In this document: positions 1 to 8,173 of the stretch, in pieces | Layout of the letters: each line of letters starts with the position of its first letter | How positions within the stretch are numbered: the stretch's first letter is position 1 | Virus record (IMG/VR): IMGVR_UViG_3300029922_000001 | Location: 1-64,000 of that record | Length of the DNA stretch: 64,000 bases | Strand: one strand, 5' to 3' | Notes under the pieces: model-generated | The model's database searches: none | The model's input: only the letters and a program-made list of their open reading frames with translations | Told to the model about the DNA's origin: nothing | Made by a program: the position numbers and the translations under genes

Positions 1-1
1 T

Positions 2-112
2 TCCAATGGCGATCTATTTAAAGTCAAAATCCATCTCGATAATGTATTAGCCTTAGTTCATGATCATTATAAATTAAGATGTGATAAAATTTTTGTCGTG
101 GAAAAGGTATAA
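2..112 (+). CDS. 3' end of a gene paralogous to the C-terminal domain of 4869..5756 (partial)
   Basis: Frame 2 reads SNGDLFKVKIHLDNVLALVHDHYKLRCDKIFVVEKV*, which aligns with SRGDLYEVRIHLDDAVKVDSYHKIRCSKFTVVRKL in 4869..5756. Confidence 0.75.
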   Translation, partial: SNGDLFKVKIHLDNVLALVHDHYKLRCDKIFVVEKV

Positions 113-210
113 TGAACAATTACTCTAATGAATAATCTTGGTGAAGAGGAATTACAAATATCGCTTTTTAGAAAGCTGGGAGAAATATAAAATTGGGTTA
201 TAAAAGTACA

Positions 211-408
211 ATGGATGTCACAAGGGATCATGCTGAAAGTTTAATTAAGCATTATCTAGAACGTTTGAGTGACAAGGATCTATCTCTTATTCTGGATATA
301 GTTGCAGAAGCAACATTTGATCGACTATCTAATTTCTGTATTGTTCACGAAGATGGTCCAGATACTCGCTATTACATCATGGAACACGAAGAGTATGGAG
401 AAGTATAA
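211..408 (+). CDS. hypothetical protein
   Basis: ORF track 193..408; start moved to ATG 211, which lies 6 nt after TATAAA as in the window-wide pattern. Confidence 0.6.
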   Translation: MDVTRDHAESLIKHYLERLSDKDLSLILDIVAEATFDRLSNFCIVHEDGPDTRYYIMEHEEYGEV

Positions 409-414
409 TAAATC

Positions 415-1098
415 ATGACTTCAGATTATTATCTAGATAAGACGTTCACTGCTAGTGCAGGATATACCAGTAAAGAAGAAATTAAGAAAAATGCAAAAAC
501 GGTTGGTTTTTGGAAAGATGGACAAGATGTATCTAAATTAATTACCCCAGGTTGGAATGAAACTGATGAAGCTAAAAGTGTAGTTCGTTACATTGAAAAT
601 TCTCACAAGATTGAATGTTGGAAAGGATATGCTTGGGATAGAATGAAAGTTCGCAACCATTTAGGTGATGCCGATATGGTTACTCCAGATTTTAAATGGA
701 TTTTCCCAGAAATGCACGAATATTATATTCAAGAACATAGTATCCGTGTAGACAATGAAAATTTTATTAAAGATGCGGTGACATGGTGTAATCAATTAGA
801 TTACTGTTTAAGGAATAAAGATACGATCTTAGAGAGTGTAGTTAATAAAACCCTTTTGGAAAGACAAGGGAAACTTCATGAATACCGTTTACTGTGTAGT
901 AAACCTTATTTTAATGTAGATGTAGCAGAGTGCAAAAAGAAGCTTCAATATATTATTGAACTACTTGACACTGTGAAAGGCGGGTTATTTGCAGATGAAT
1001 ATCATATTTATGATAAAACCTCTATTACTGATACTGAAGAAGTTATTAAATATTTATTCAGATATAATCATCCATTATTGAAACTCATGAGGTTATAA
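415..1098 (+). CDS. hypothetical protein (paralog of 1105..1590)
   Basis: 227-aa ORF; shares TPDxxWIF, FIxDAxxW, LxNKDxI and EExIxxxFxYNxP with the next ORF. Confidence 0.75.
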   Translation: MTSDYYLDKTFTASAGYTSKEEIKKNAKTVGFWKDGQDVSKLITPGWNETDEAKSVVRYIENSHKIECWKGYAWDRMKVRNHLGDADMVTPDFKWIFPEMHEYYIQEHSIRVDNENFIKDAVTWCNQLDYCLRNKDTILESVVNKTLLERQGKLHEYRLLCSKPYFNVDVAECKKKLQYIIELLDTVKGGLFADEYHIYDKTSITDTEEVIKYLFRYNHPLLKLMRL

Positions 1099-1104
1099 TA
1101 AGTT

Positions 1105-1590
1105 ATGTTGCAATCTCTAGATATCAATTTGCATCAAAATTCGGATTTTGATGCAAATTCTTTAAAAACTGAAACCTTTCGAATGACTTTTCAAGAAGAA
1201 AAGTATGATATGGGTGAATGGCAAGCATATGATAAAGTAATTATGTATATGGATTATTCTAATGGTTTAATTTTTCATGATGGAAATGTTGATTTATTAA
1301 CACCTGATTGGAGTTGGATTTTTAATAATAAACAACGGTACAAAATGGAAACTGAATTCATAAAACCTAATCAAGAATTTATTGATGATGCTATAGCTTG
1401 GTTTGATGATTTGCAGTTTGTTTTAAACAATAAAGATGATATTTTTAATCATCCGCACAATCAGAAATTGTTTGCATTTTATCGTATATCTAAAGATGAT
1501 CAACTTATTGTGAATGCAGAAGAATTAATACACTTTATATTCAAATATAACTATCCTATTTTGGCTCAATTACAATTACCAAAACAATAA
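1105..1590 (+). CDS. hypothetical protein (paralog of 415..1098)
   Basis: 161-aa ORF; TATAAT-N5-ATG; motifs shared with the upstream ORF. Confidence 0.75.
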   Translation: MLQSLDINLHQNSDFDANSLKTETFRMTFQEEKYDMGEWQAYDKVIMYMDYSNGLIFHDGNVDLLTPDWSWIFNNKQRYKMETEFIKPNQEFIDDAIAWFDDLQFVLNNKDDIFNHPHNQKLFAFYRISKDDQLIVNAEELIHFIFKYNYPILAQLQLPKQ

Positions 1591-1626
1591 AGGATCTGTA
1601 ATCTTTCAGATAGTATATATTAAATT

Positions 1627-2079
1627 ATGTGGTATAGATTAGCAAAAGAAGAAAAAGAAAAGCTAAAACTTGGTGGACAAGAATTTCATGGTATTGATAT
1701 TTTTGTTGAGTTTCTAAAAGGCGACACCAGAACTAAAACCAATGAAGAAGGTAAAACCTGGAGTCGTGTTATGACTGCCGCATATGGCAGAATTTCTAAA
1801 ACAAAAGGCGCAGACGGTATGTGTATTGATATCTATGTTGGTGAAGACCTAGAAAGTAATAAAGTTTTCATTGTGGATCAAGTAGATAAAGAAGGTAAAT
1901 TTGATGAATGTAAAATAATGTTAGGTTGTTTTTCTCTTAAAAATGCTAAAGAAACATATTCTTCTAACTATCCCGATGATTTTAAAGTTGGAAAGATTTC
2001 AGAATGCACTATTGACGAATTTAAAGAATGGCTAAAAAAAGGCGATACTACAAAGCCAGGTGTTGAATATTTCAATTAA
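1627..2079 (+). CDS. phage inorganic-pyrophosphatase-like (InPase) domain protein
   Basis: YGxIxxTxGADGxxIDIYVG, VFIVDQ and FDExKxMLG motifs; N-terminal MWYRLAK. Confidence 0.7.
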   Translation: MWYRLAKEEKEKLKLGGQEFHGIDIFVEFLKGDTRTKTNEEGKTWSRVMTAAYGRISKTKGADGMCIDIYVGEDLESNKVFIVDQVDKEGKFDECKIMLGCFSLKNAKETYSSNYPDDFKVGKISECTIDEFKEWLKKGDTTKPGVEYFN

Positions 2080-2131
2080 TATTAAAGCATATCCAACTAT
2101 TTTTATTTTTGTAAGTGAATTATAATAACTC

Positions 2132-2512
2132 GTGGATATTATTGTCACAACTCCTAAAACAGAAATGGAATCTGCCGCAGCAGAGGCTGAATTTATTAAA
2201 ATAACGGGAAGTGGTTATTATTATAGATTTTTTAAAACACTCCCCAAAATTAAAGTTGGGGATAAGGTTTTTTACACAGAAAATGGATTCATTACTGGTT
2301 TTGCCACAGTTGTAGATACTAGTAATGATGATAATGATTTTGAATGTGAAGCTACACAAAAAGCATTTTCTGGAAAATACGTTTCAATGGACGCAACAAC
2401 ATGGAAATGGGTTAAGCCGATTCCATATAAAGGATTCCAAGGATTTAGATATGCCAAAGATTTAGATTATGAAGTGGTTGGTGATTGGCGTGATGCTAAA
2501 CCTAAATCATAA
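2132..2512 (+). CDS. ASCH/PUA-like domain protein
   Basis: PKIKVGDKVFY...ITGFATV...PIPYKGFQGFRY pattern; TATAAT-N5-GTG. Confidence 0.5.
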   Translation: MDIIVTTPKTEMESAAAEAEFIKITGSGYYYRFFKTLPKIKVGDKVFYTENGFITGFATVVDTSNDDNDFECEATQKAFSGKYVSMDATTWKWVKPIPYKGFQGFRYAKDLDYEVVGDWRDAKPKS

Positions 2513-3249
2513 ATAGTCTTTGGAAGTGGTTCGTTCCATTTAATTGTTTTAAGAGTGTATTCATGATTGATGGTTAATAGATAATCAAAATCTTCATCCT
2601 TTACTGGTGGAATAATATCTTTACTCCAATAATCTATTTGACCCAAATCAAATAATCTATTATCATTAGCTTTGCAACGATCAAATAAAGCGTAATGGAA
2701 ATGATATGCATACACATTTTTATAATTACTTAGTAGTCTATGATCAAACCATAAGGGAGCATGATTACCCTTTTCTTGCCATTGAGCATAATCCTTATGA
2801 AATAGTTTAATTACTGTATTGTCATACCATCTATTATCAGTTGGAACTGATACTCTAACCGTAGATAAGTCTTTCCACATAGTGATCCAAGGAAAACCAA
2901 AAACTCTAGGCTGAGATAAGTTAAGTGTATCCATGAAATTATCGGAAAACATTTCATCAGCATCTAAACTAATGACCCATTTGTTTTTTAATTTAGACAA
3001 TCCGTAATTTCTAACCTTGCCTTCTTCCCATGTGTAAGATACACCACCAGTATCATATCTATCTAATTTAATTAAATCTGGATACATGACTCTGTATTTT
3101 TCTATTTCATCTAATGTTCCATCAGTAGATCCTGTATCTAGTAAGAAAATTTCATCTACCTTGTCTTTAAGGTGTTCAATATACAATTTGATGAAATGAG
3201 CTTCGTTTTTCACTGGTGTATATGCGCTAATCATAGGTTTCTTATACAT
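2467..3249 (-). CDS. glycosyltransferase family 2
   Basis: ISAYTPVKNE, LLDTGSTDGT, RNxGL and LDADE (DxD) motifs. Confidence 0.85.
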   Translation of the reverse strand: MYKKPMISAYTPVKNEAHFIKLYIEHLKDKVDEIFLLDTGSTDGTLDEIEKYRVMYPDLIKLDRYDTGGVSYTWEEGKVRNYGLSKLKNKWVISLDADEMFSDNFMDTLNLSQPRVFGFPWITMWKDLSTVRVSVPTDNRWYDNTVIKLFHKDYAQWQEKGNHAPLWFDHRLLSNYKNVYAYHFHYALFDRCKANDNRLFDLGQIDYWSKDIIPPVKDEDFDYLLTINHEYTLKTIKWNEPLPKTIYDLGLASRQSPTTS

Positions 3250-3279
3250 CTTTTCTCAGTGTGCGGGTATAATAAACGC

Positions 3280-4872
3280 ATGATAAAGATCAAAGAATCA
3301 GCTTTGAAGCTGACAGGTTTAAAGAAATTTACACCCAAATCTGACAATAAGAACGTCATCACGTTTAACTCTACAATTGAATACGAAGGATATCGTCGTC
3401 AAAGAACTAGTTCCGTAAGTGTTTCTACTGCTTATGATAAAGCAATTCGCTTGGCAGAACCAATTGACAACAGTAGAGATGCTGGAGCCACAAAAGTTGA
3501 TGTTAAGTTGAAATCATCTTTAGTTGAAATTTCAGATAATGGACATGGTATTTCACCCTCTATTTTAAAGAAAACCTTACAAAAACAAGGTGCGCAAATC
3601 AAAACCCAAAATGATAAAATTGGACGTTATGGTTTTGGAATGAAAGATACTGCGATGTTGCTAGGTGCAACATTAATGGAAATTTACACCAATTATGAAA
3701 ACGAAATTCATATTGCTAATTATGATGTCGTAACTGGTAAAGTCCACATTTCTACCGTCGTTAATGGAAAACTTAATGGTACGACAGTGAACTTGGACAA
3801 ACTACCAAAGCAAGGTACAGTTGTCAAGTACCATTTACCTGTTCAGGATATTGGCAGAGACTTCTTCAACACTAATACAGTTAAGATGATTAGAGAGGAT
3901 TTGGAGTATATTTATCATCCGCTTAACGGCAAAATGACTATTGTTGTTAATGATATTACTTTAGATTTGAATAAGACAATTGCTGGTAAGCACCTAATGT
4001 CTAAAACATTGAATTTTGATAATGATGTTTTCAAATTCGATTTTTATATTTTAGATAAGACTGCTAGTGGCATTTGGAATGGTATGGAGACAGTTATTGA
4101 AGGTGAACGTGTTCTATCCTTTGGTGGCGATTTGGATAATATCTATAAGGTCAATTTTGCAAAAGGCAAATTCAAAGGTATTCTAAGTGTTCCAAAGACT
4201 ATGAATGTTGAAAATGTAACACCAAGCATTAATAAGGATCGTCTTTTGATTTCTAATCGCACCCTTAGAGGTAAAATGAGTGACATCATTGATGAAGCAT
4301 ATAAGCTGTTCCAGCAAGCCGAAAAGGAAGAAGAGGAAAACAAGATTTCTGCATTGGATAATCAAATTGTCAACATCTTAACTATGTTCGTTTCTAATAA
4401 TGTTCAGTTTTATGGTGGAAGCGGTGGTGGAAATGGATCTAAGAAGTCTAAGGACTCAACCGAAATTGAAGCTATGGTGGAAGGTGTTGAAACTGGTGAA
4501 AAGAAAGTTACAAATCCAAAGGGCAATCCAGATACATTAAAGCAAAATCTCAAGAAGATTCAAAATATTAATATTCAACCTATGTCATTGGGCATAGATG
4601 CTGAACCATATTATTTTGAGTATAACAATGAACAAAACAATGCGGCTATTATTCTTAATACCGATTCTTATATCTATCAATCTATTAAGATTAGAGAAAA
4701 GAAGAAAGAGTTCTCGGAATATTATGTTGTCATTGCTTCAGATTTCCAAGAAGAATTAAGTAACTTAATGATTAACAAGGAAACGCCAGCATATAAACAA
4801 ATTTTCAGACAGAACATGAATGCGATGGCTGGGAAAAGTATGACTGCAATTTCTAAGACACAGGAGCTATGA
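3280..4872 (+). CDS. GHKL (MORC/HATPase_c_3-like) ATPase
   Basis: EPIDNSRDA, DNGHG, GRYGFGMK and GT motifs; start moved to ATG 3280 (TATAAT-N6-ATG). Confidence 0.75.
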   Translation: MIKIKESALKLTGLKKFTPKSDNKNVITFNSTIEYEGYRRQRTSSVSVSTAYDKAIRLAEPIDNSRDAGATKVDVKLKSSLVEISDNGHGISPSILKKTLQKQGAQIKTQNDKIGRYGFGMKDTAMLLGATLMEIYTNYENEIHIANYDVVTGKVHISTVVNGKLNGTTVNLDKLPKQGTVVKYHLPVQDIGRDFFNTNTVKMIREDLEYIYHPLNGKMTIVVNDITLDLNKTIAGKHLMSKTLNFDNDVFKFDFYILDKTASGIWNGMETVIEGERVLSFGGDLDNIYKVNFAKGKFKGILSVPKTMNVENVTPSINKDRLLISNRTLRGKMSDIIDEAYKLFQQAEKEEEENKISALDNQIVNILTMFVSNNVQFYGGSGGGNGSKKSKDSTEIEAMVEGVETGEKKVTNPKGNPDTLKQNLKKIQNINIQPMSLGIDAEPYYFEYNNEQNNAAIILNTDSYIYQSIKIREKKKEFSEYYVVIASDFQEELSNLMINKETPAYKQIFRQNMNAMAGKSMTAISKTQEL

Positions 4873-5756
4873 TGAAAAGATTTATTAAAGGATTGTATAA
4901 ACCAAATTACCCATGTGTTTTGTCAAGGTATTTTACAAATTTCAGTAAACTCAGAAAGATGAAAATTCTTTCTGAGGACTTCATAGTAGATTTCGCTGAT
5001 GATTTAGATTGGTTTTACCTAAGTGAAGAACAGCCTTTGTCTGAAGACTTCATTCGAAGATTTCAGGATAAAGTTAATTGGCATAATATATCTGAATCTC
5101 AGAAGTTATCAGAAGACTTTATTAGAGAATTTAAAGAAAAAGTTGATTGGTATTATATTTCAATGTATCAGAAGTTATCAGAAGATTTTATGAGGGAATT
5201 TCAAGATGAAATACACTGGCACTATGCGTGTAAACATCAAAAAATGTCCGTAGATTTCATGAGAGAGTTTAAGGATAATATGCTATGGGATTATGTATCA
5301 AAATATCAGAATTTATCAGAAAGCTTTAAACTTGAATTTAGTAATTTCCTTTTCAAGAGAATGTTAAATCCACAAAATAATTGGCTTTATCGCTCTGTGT
5401 ATTCTAAACGTCAGCACCTTTTGGATTATTATGAATTGGATGGTGATTATATTATCGCCTATAAAACTACTCGTAAAAATGGATATTCAGTATTCAATTT
5501 CCAGCATAGATATGAAGTTGGAAAGGAATATGAAGCACATTGTGATTTTAATGCCGATAATGAGGCTAGTTTTGGATTAAGTGCTTGGACTAGAGAAAAT
5601 GCATTAAGATATCATAGTCGTGGTGATCTTTATGAAGTTCGAATTCACCTTGATGATGCTGTTAAAGTGGATAGCTATCACAAGATTCGATGTTCAAAAT
5701 TCACAGTCGTAAGAAAACTAAAGATTAAACGTAGAGAAAGAAAAGCTTCAGACTAA
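4869..5756 (+). CDS. 22-aa Trp-repeat protein (LSEDFIREFxDKVxW) with conserved phage C-terminal domain
   Basis: About six tandem repeats followed by a YKTTR...YEVGKEYE...FGLS domain. Confidence 0.75.
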   Translation: MMKRFIKGLYKPNYPCVLSRYFTNFSKLRKMKILSEDFIVDFADDLDWFYLSEEQPLSEDFIRRFQDKVNWHNISESQKLSEDFIREFKEKVDWYYISMYQKLSEDFMREFQDEIHWHYACKHQKMSVDFMREFKDNMLWDYVSKYQNLSESFKLEFSNFLFKRMLNPQNNWLYRSVYSKRQHLLDYYELDGDYIIAYKTTRKNGYSVFNFQHRYEVGKEYEAHCDFNADNEASFGLSAWTRENALRYHSRGDLYEVRIHLDDAVKVDSYHKIRCSKFTVVRKLKIKRRERKASD

Positions 5757-6553
5757 TTAGTTTGAAGCTTTTCTTTGAATCTTGATATTACATTGAGTAA
5801 ATGTACATTGAGTTTACTATCAATGTCGAGTTCGTCCCAGAGAGGTTGTACTGATTCTGGATACTTTGCTTCATAAAGTGAAGCCGCAATAGCCGCATTT
5901 GTGTCTGTGTCTCCACCAAAGCTAATTGCTAATCTAATTACCTCTTCAATGCTAGTGCCGTTGAAAAACGAATGTAGAATGACTGGCATACAAGCTTCAC
6001 AGCTTGCCATGTGTAATTTACTAATTTTCTTCTTGTTAACTGTTTTCCATTTATAATCGCTAGTTCTTTTAATGAAGTCATTAATATACTTTTTACTTTC
6101 ACCATTGCGAAGATAAAAAATGGCTGCTGCAATTGTATTACTAGCCATTAAAGATTCTTCATGTCTATGTGTATACATAATTGATTTAGTAACATTAAGA
6201 AGAGTTCGTTCAATGGTTTTTTCGGTGTGTCCGATTGGACTAATTCGCATAATACAGCCATTGCCATAACTATCTAATTTAGTCATTTTTTCATGTGATG
6301 GGGTTGATGCCCATGTTCTAAATGCTTTACCATATCCTAGCTTCGGATAGACTTCGTAATATGCTTTATAGTATTCAGCAAAATTTTCTGAAGTGGGTTT
6401 TGGAAATTCTAAAAGAACTTCGGCTGTAGCACAAGTAAGTGCTGTATCGTCTGTAAAGTGAATATTGGGTGTATTCATTTCGAAATTAATATCGACTTCT
6501 GGTTGTGCTTCGAATACACTACCGATAATATCGCCTAAAATAGCTCCGCGCAT
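5753..6553 (-). CDS. ADP-ribosylglycohydrolase (DraG/ARH family)
   Basis: GAILGDIIGS, FTDDT, GNGCIMRISP and GGDTDT motifs; start moved to ATG 6553 (TATAAT-N6-ATG on the minus strand). Confidence 0.9.
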   Translation of the reverse strand: MRGAILGDIIGSVFEAQPEVDINFEMNTPNIHFTDDTALTCATAEVLLEFPKPTSENFAEYYKAYYEVYPKLGYGKAFRTWASTPSHEKMTKLDSYGNGCIMRISPIGHTEKTIERTLLNVTKSIMYTHRHEESLMASNTIAAAIFYLRNGESKKYINDFIKRTSDYKWKTVNKKKISKLHMASCEACMPVILHSFFNGTSIEEVIRLAISFGGDTDTNAAIAASLYEAKYPESVQPLWDELDIDSKLNVHLLNVISRFKEKLQTN

Positions 6554-6590
6554 TATGCTATTATACCTCAATATAAGATATAATAGAGGA

Positions 6591-7055
6591 ATGGAAACTA
6601 AACAAGTCATAGTAGTAAGAACACAATACCCAGATGGGAAAGGTGGAACTAAAAAGCTTAGAACGGGAAAACTCATAGCTCAAGCGGCTCATGCTTCAAT
6701 GTCTTTTTTGACGCGAAGAATTAATGCTAGATTAAATAGTGTTTCATATAAAGATGTTGATGGTGAGCCAATTGCATATATTGTTGAAGGACCATTGTAT
6801 GCAAATTTTTGTTTAACTCCAGAAGAAGAACATTGGTTAGATAATTCTTTTAAGAAAATTTGTGTGTATGTTAATTCTGAAGAAGAATTATTAGATATTT
6901 ATAATAAAGCTAAAGAAGCTGGATTAGAAGTACATCTTGTTGAGGATTCAGGGCTTACGGAATTTCATGGAGAGAAAACTAATACTTGTCTTGCAATTGG
7001 TCCACATGAATCTTCTCGAATTGATGTAATTACTGGTCATTTACCTTTATACTAA
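6591..7055 (+). CDS. pth2: peptidyl-tRNA hydrolase, Pth2 type
   Basis: KQVIVVR, GKLIAQAAHAS, KKICV, DSGLTE, TCLAIGP and IDxITGHLPL; start moved to ATG 6591. Confidence 0.92.
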   Translation: METKQVIVVRTQYPDGKGGTKKLRTGKLIAQAAHASMSFLTRRINARLNSVSYKDVDGEPIAYIVEGPLYANFCLTPEEEHWLDNSFKKICVYVNSEEELLDIYNKAKEAGLEVHLVEDSGLTEFHGEKTNTCLAIGPHESSRIDVITGHLPLY

Positions 7056-7121
7056 TAATATGGATGAAAACATTTTAAAAGCAGAATACGATTTAATTAA
7101 CGAAAAAAGTCTCAAAAGACA

Positions 7122-7149
7122 TTGACAAAACCCAAAAAATGGGTATAAT
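7122..7149 (+). promoter_or_regulatory. sigma70-type promoter of the tRNA operon
   Basis: TTGACA (7122-7127), N16, TATAAT (7144-7149): both hexamers are consensus. Confidence 0.85.
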
Positions 7150-7170
7150 AGAACAGTAAGGTCGAAAAAT

Positions 7171-7296
7171 ATGAAAGCAATCAACACTAATATGAATAGC
7201 GAAATGAATGAAGTTAACGCAAATGTAAATACTACATCTGCTTACCCATATCATCCATACCCCTATCATCCTAAGTGGCGAAACACTTTGGTTTAA
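7171..7296 (+). CDS. putative attenuator leader peptide (41 aa, Tyr/Pro/His run)
   Basis: MKAINTNMNSEMNEVNANVNTTSAYPYHPYPYHPKWRNTLV*; AAGGT upstream; below the ORF-track size cutoff. Confidence 0.8.
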   Translation: MKAINTNMNSEMNEVNANVNTTSAYPYHPYPYHPKWRNTLV

Positions 7297-7323
7297 GACG
7301 ATTTACTAAAAATCAGATTCAAC

Positions 7324-7368
7324 GAAAAGGGTTCTCGCTAGAAAAAGTGAGAACCCTTTTCTGTTTTT
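7324..7368 (+). terminator. intrinsic terminator (attenuator) between leader peptide and tRNA array
   Basis: 16-bp stem GAAAAGGGTTCTCGCT/AGTGAGAACCCTTTTC, 6-nt loop, then TGTTTTT. Confidence 0.85.
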
Positions 7369-7384
7369 GAAAATCAAATAAAAT

Positions 7385-7447
7385 GGTAAAGTACATCCGG
7401 TGATGAACCCGTTCTGTGAAAACGGGTGTGGGGATCGGCTACCCCAC
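7385..7447 (+). pseudogene. truncated tRNA-His(GTG)-like element lacking the 3' acceptor strand
   Basis: D stem CATC/GATG, anticodon arm CCCGTT-CTGTGAA-AACGGG and a T-like hairpin; no complement to the 5' GGTAAAG before CGAGA. Confidence 0.55.
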
Positions 7448-7458
7448 GAGATAAAATA

Positions 7459-7530
7459 TCACAATATGGTGTTATGTTGACATACTTCCTGTGGTGGGAG
7501 AGATGTAAGTTCAATTCTTGCTGTTGTGAC
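7459..7530 (+). tRNA. tRNA-His(GTG)-like, irregular anticodon arm
   Basis: Acceptor TCACAATA/TGTTGTGA; T arm GTAAG-TTCAATT-CTTGC; anticodon region CTTCC-TGTGGT-GGGAG (TGG/Pro reading less likely). Confidence 0.6.
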
Positions 7531-7541
7531 CGAGATATATA

Positions 7542-7607
7542 CTAGGATGCCCAAGGTGGGAATTGCGGTTGTGACCCGCAATGACGGGATCGTTACCCGG
7601 TCCTAGA
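7542..7607 (+). tRNA. tRNA-His(GTG), compact
   Basis: Acceptor CTAGGAT/GTCCTAG; anticodon arm TTGCGG-TTGTGAC-CCGCAA; T arm CGGG-ATCGTTA-CCCG. Confidence 0.7.
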
Positions 7608-7619
7608 CGAGAAAAAAAT

Positions 7620-7701
7620 GGCGTAGCGATGCAGTTGGAGAGGCATGACGGTCTGTAAAATCGTTCCTTCGGGTGAATCGGTTCGAATCCGATATGCGCC
7701 A
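7620..7701 (+). tRNA. tRNA-Tyr(GTA)
   Basis: Anticodon loop CTGTAAA; long variable arm CCTTCGGG; T arm ATCGG-TTCGAAT-CCGAT. Confidence 0.85.
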
Positions 7702-7717
7702 CCGAGATAAAATAAAA

Positions 7718-7789
7718 CGGGATATAGCCAAGTGGTATGGCGCGAAGTTAGGGGCTTCGAGTTCTGGTGTTCGATTCACCATATCCCGA
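7718..7789 (+). tRNA. tRNA-Pro(AGG)
   Basis: Acceptor CGGGATA/TATCCCG plus A73; anticodon arm CGAAG-TTAGGGG-CTTCG; T arm TGGTG-TTCGATT-CACCA. Confidence 0.85.
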
Positions 7790-7800
7790 CGAGAATAAAT

Positions 7801-7880
7801 GGACGTATCGCATAGCGGCAATTGCGGAAGGCTGTAACCCTTCTCCTTCGGGTTCGTAAGTTCGAGTCTTACTGCGTCCA
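7801..7880 (+). tRNA. tRNA-Tyr(GTA)
   Basis: Acceptor GGACGTA/TGCGTCC; anticodon arm GAAGG-CTGTAAC-CCTTC; variable arm CCTTCGGG. Confidence 0.9.
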
Positions 7881-7890
7881 CGAGATAAAT

Positions 7891-7962
7891 CTAGTTGTAT
7901 ATCAATTGGTAGATTTCGCCGTTTGGATCGGTGAGGCTGGAGGTTCGAGTCCTCTCAACTAC
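7891..7962 (+). tRNA. tRNA-Pro(TGG), 3' end lacks G72/A73
   Basis: Anticodon arm CGCCG-TTTGGAT-CGGTG; T arm GGAGG-TTCGAGT-CCTCT; acceptor TAGTTG/CAACTA. Confidence 0.75.
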
Positions 7963-7974
7963 GAGATAAAATAT

Positions 7975-8085
7975 GGCGCGTATAGCAGTTACGGTTTTAC
8001 GGTTAGCTGCGCGGTCTGTTAAGTATGGGTATTTAACAAAACCGATGCCGAAAGGCTGATATGGATTCGACTTCCTCACGCGCCA
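7975..8085 (+). tRNA. type II tRNA-like RNA (probably Tyr) with an 18-nt insertion in the anticodon loop
   Basis: Acceptor GGCGCGT/ACGCGCC plus A; variable arm GCC-GAAA-GGC; anticodon region CGGT-CTGT[18 nt]AAA-ACCG. Confidence 0.6.
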
Positions 8086-8173
8086 CGAGATGTATGACGG
8101 TAATTGGCTGCCGCCTGGTTTTGGAAACCAGAGTTATAAAAATACACTGCAAGTTCGAATCTTGTCATCTCGC
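8086..8173 (+). tRNA. tRNA-Pro(TGG) with long variable region
   Basis: Acceptor CGAGATG/CATCTCG; anticodon arm CTGGT-TTTGGAA-ACCAG; T arm GCAAG-TTCGAAT-CTTGT. Confidence 0.75.

Noticed and set aside
7060-7125. 21-codon ORF MDENILKAEYDLINEKSLKRH after pth2
   Set aside because: Too short, with no recognisable motif; it overlaps the tRNA-operon promoter.
7150-7370. T-box riboswitch as the control element
   Set aside because: No T-box GGTGGNACC consensus or stem I is visible; an open leader ORF with a matching codon run explains the region better.
7511-8079. ORF-track ORFs 7511..7702, 7603..7881, 7822..8022 and 7891..8079
   Set aside because: Shadow frames over tRNA genes.
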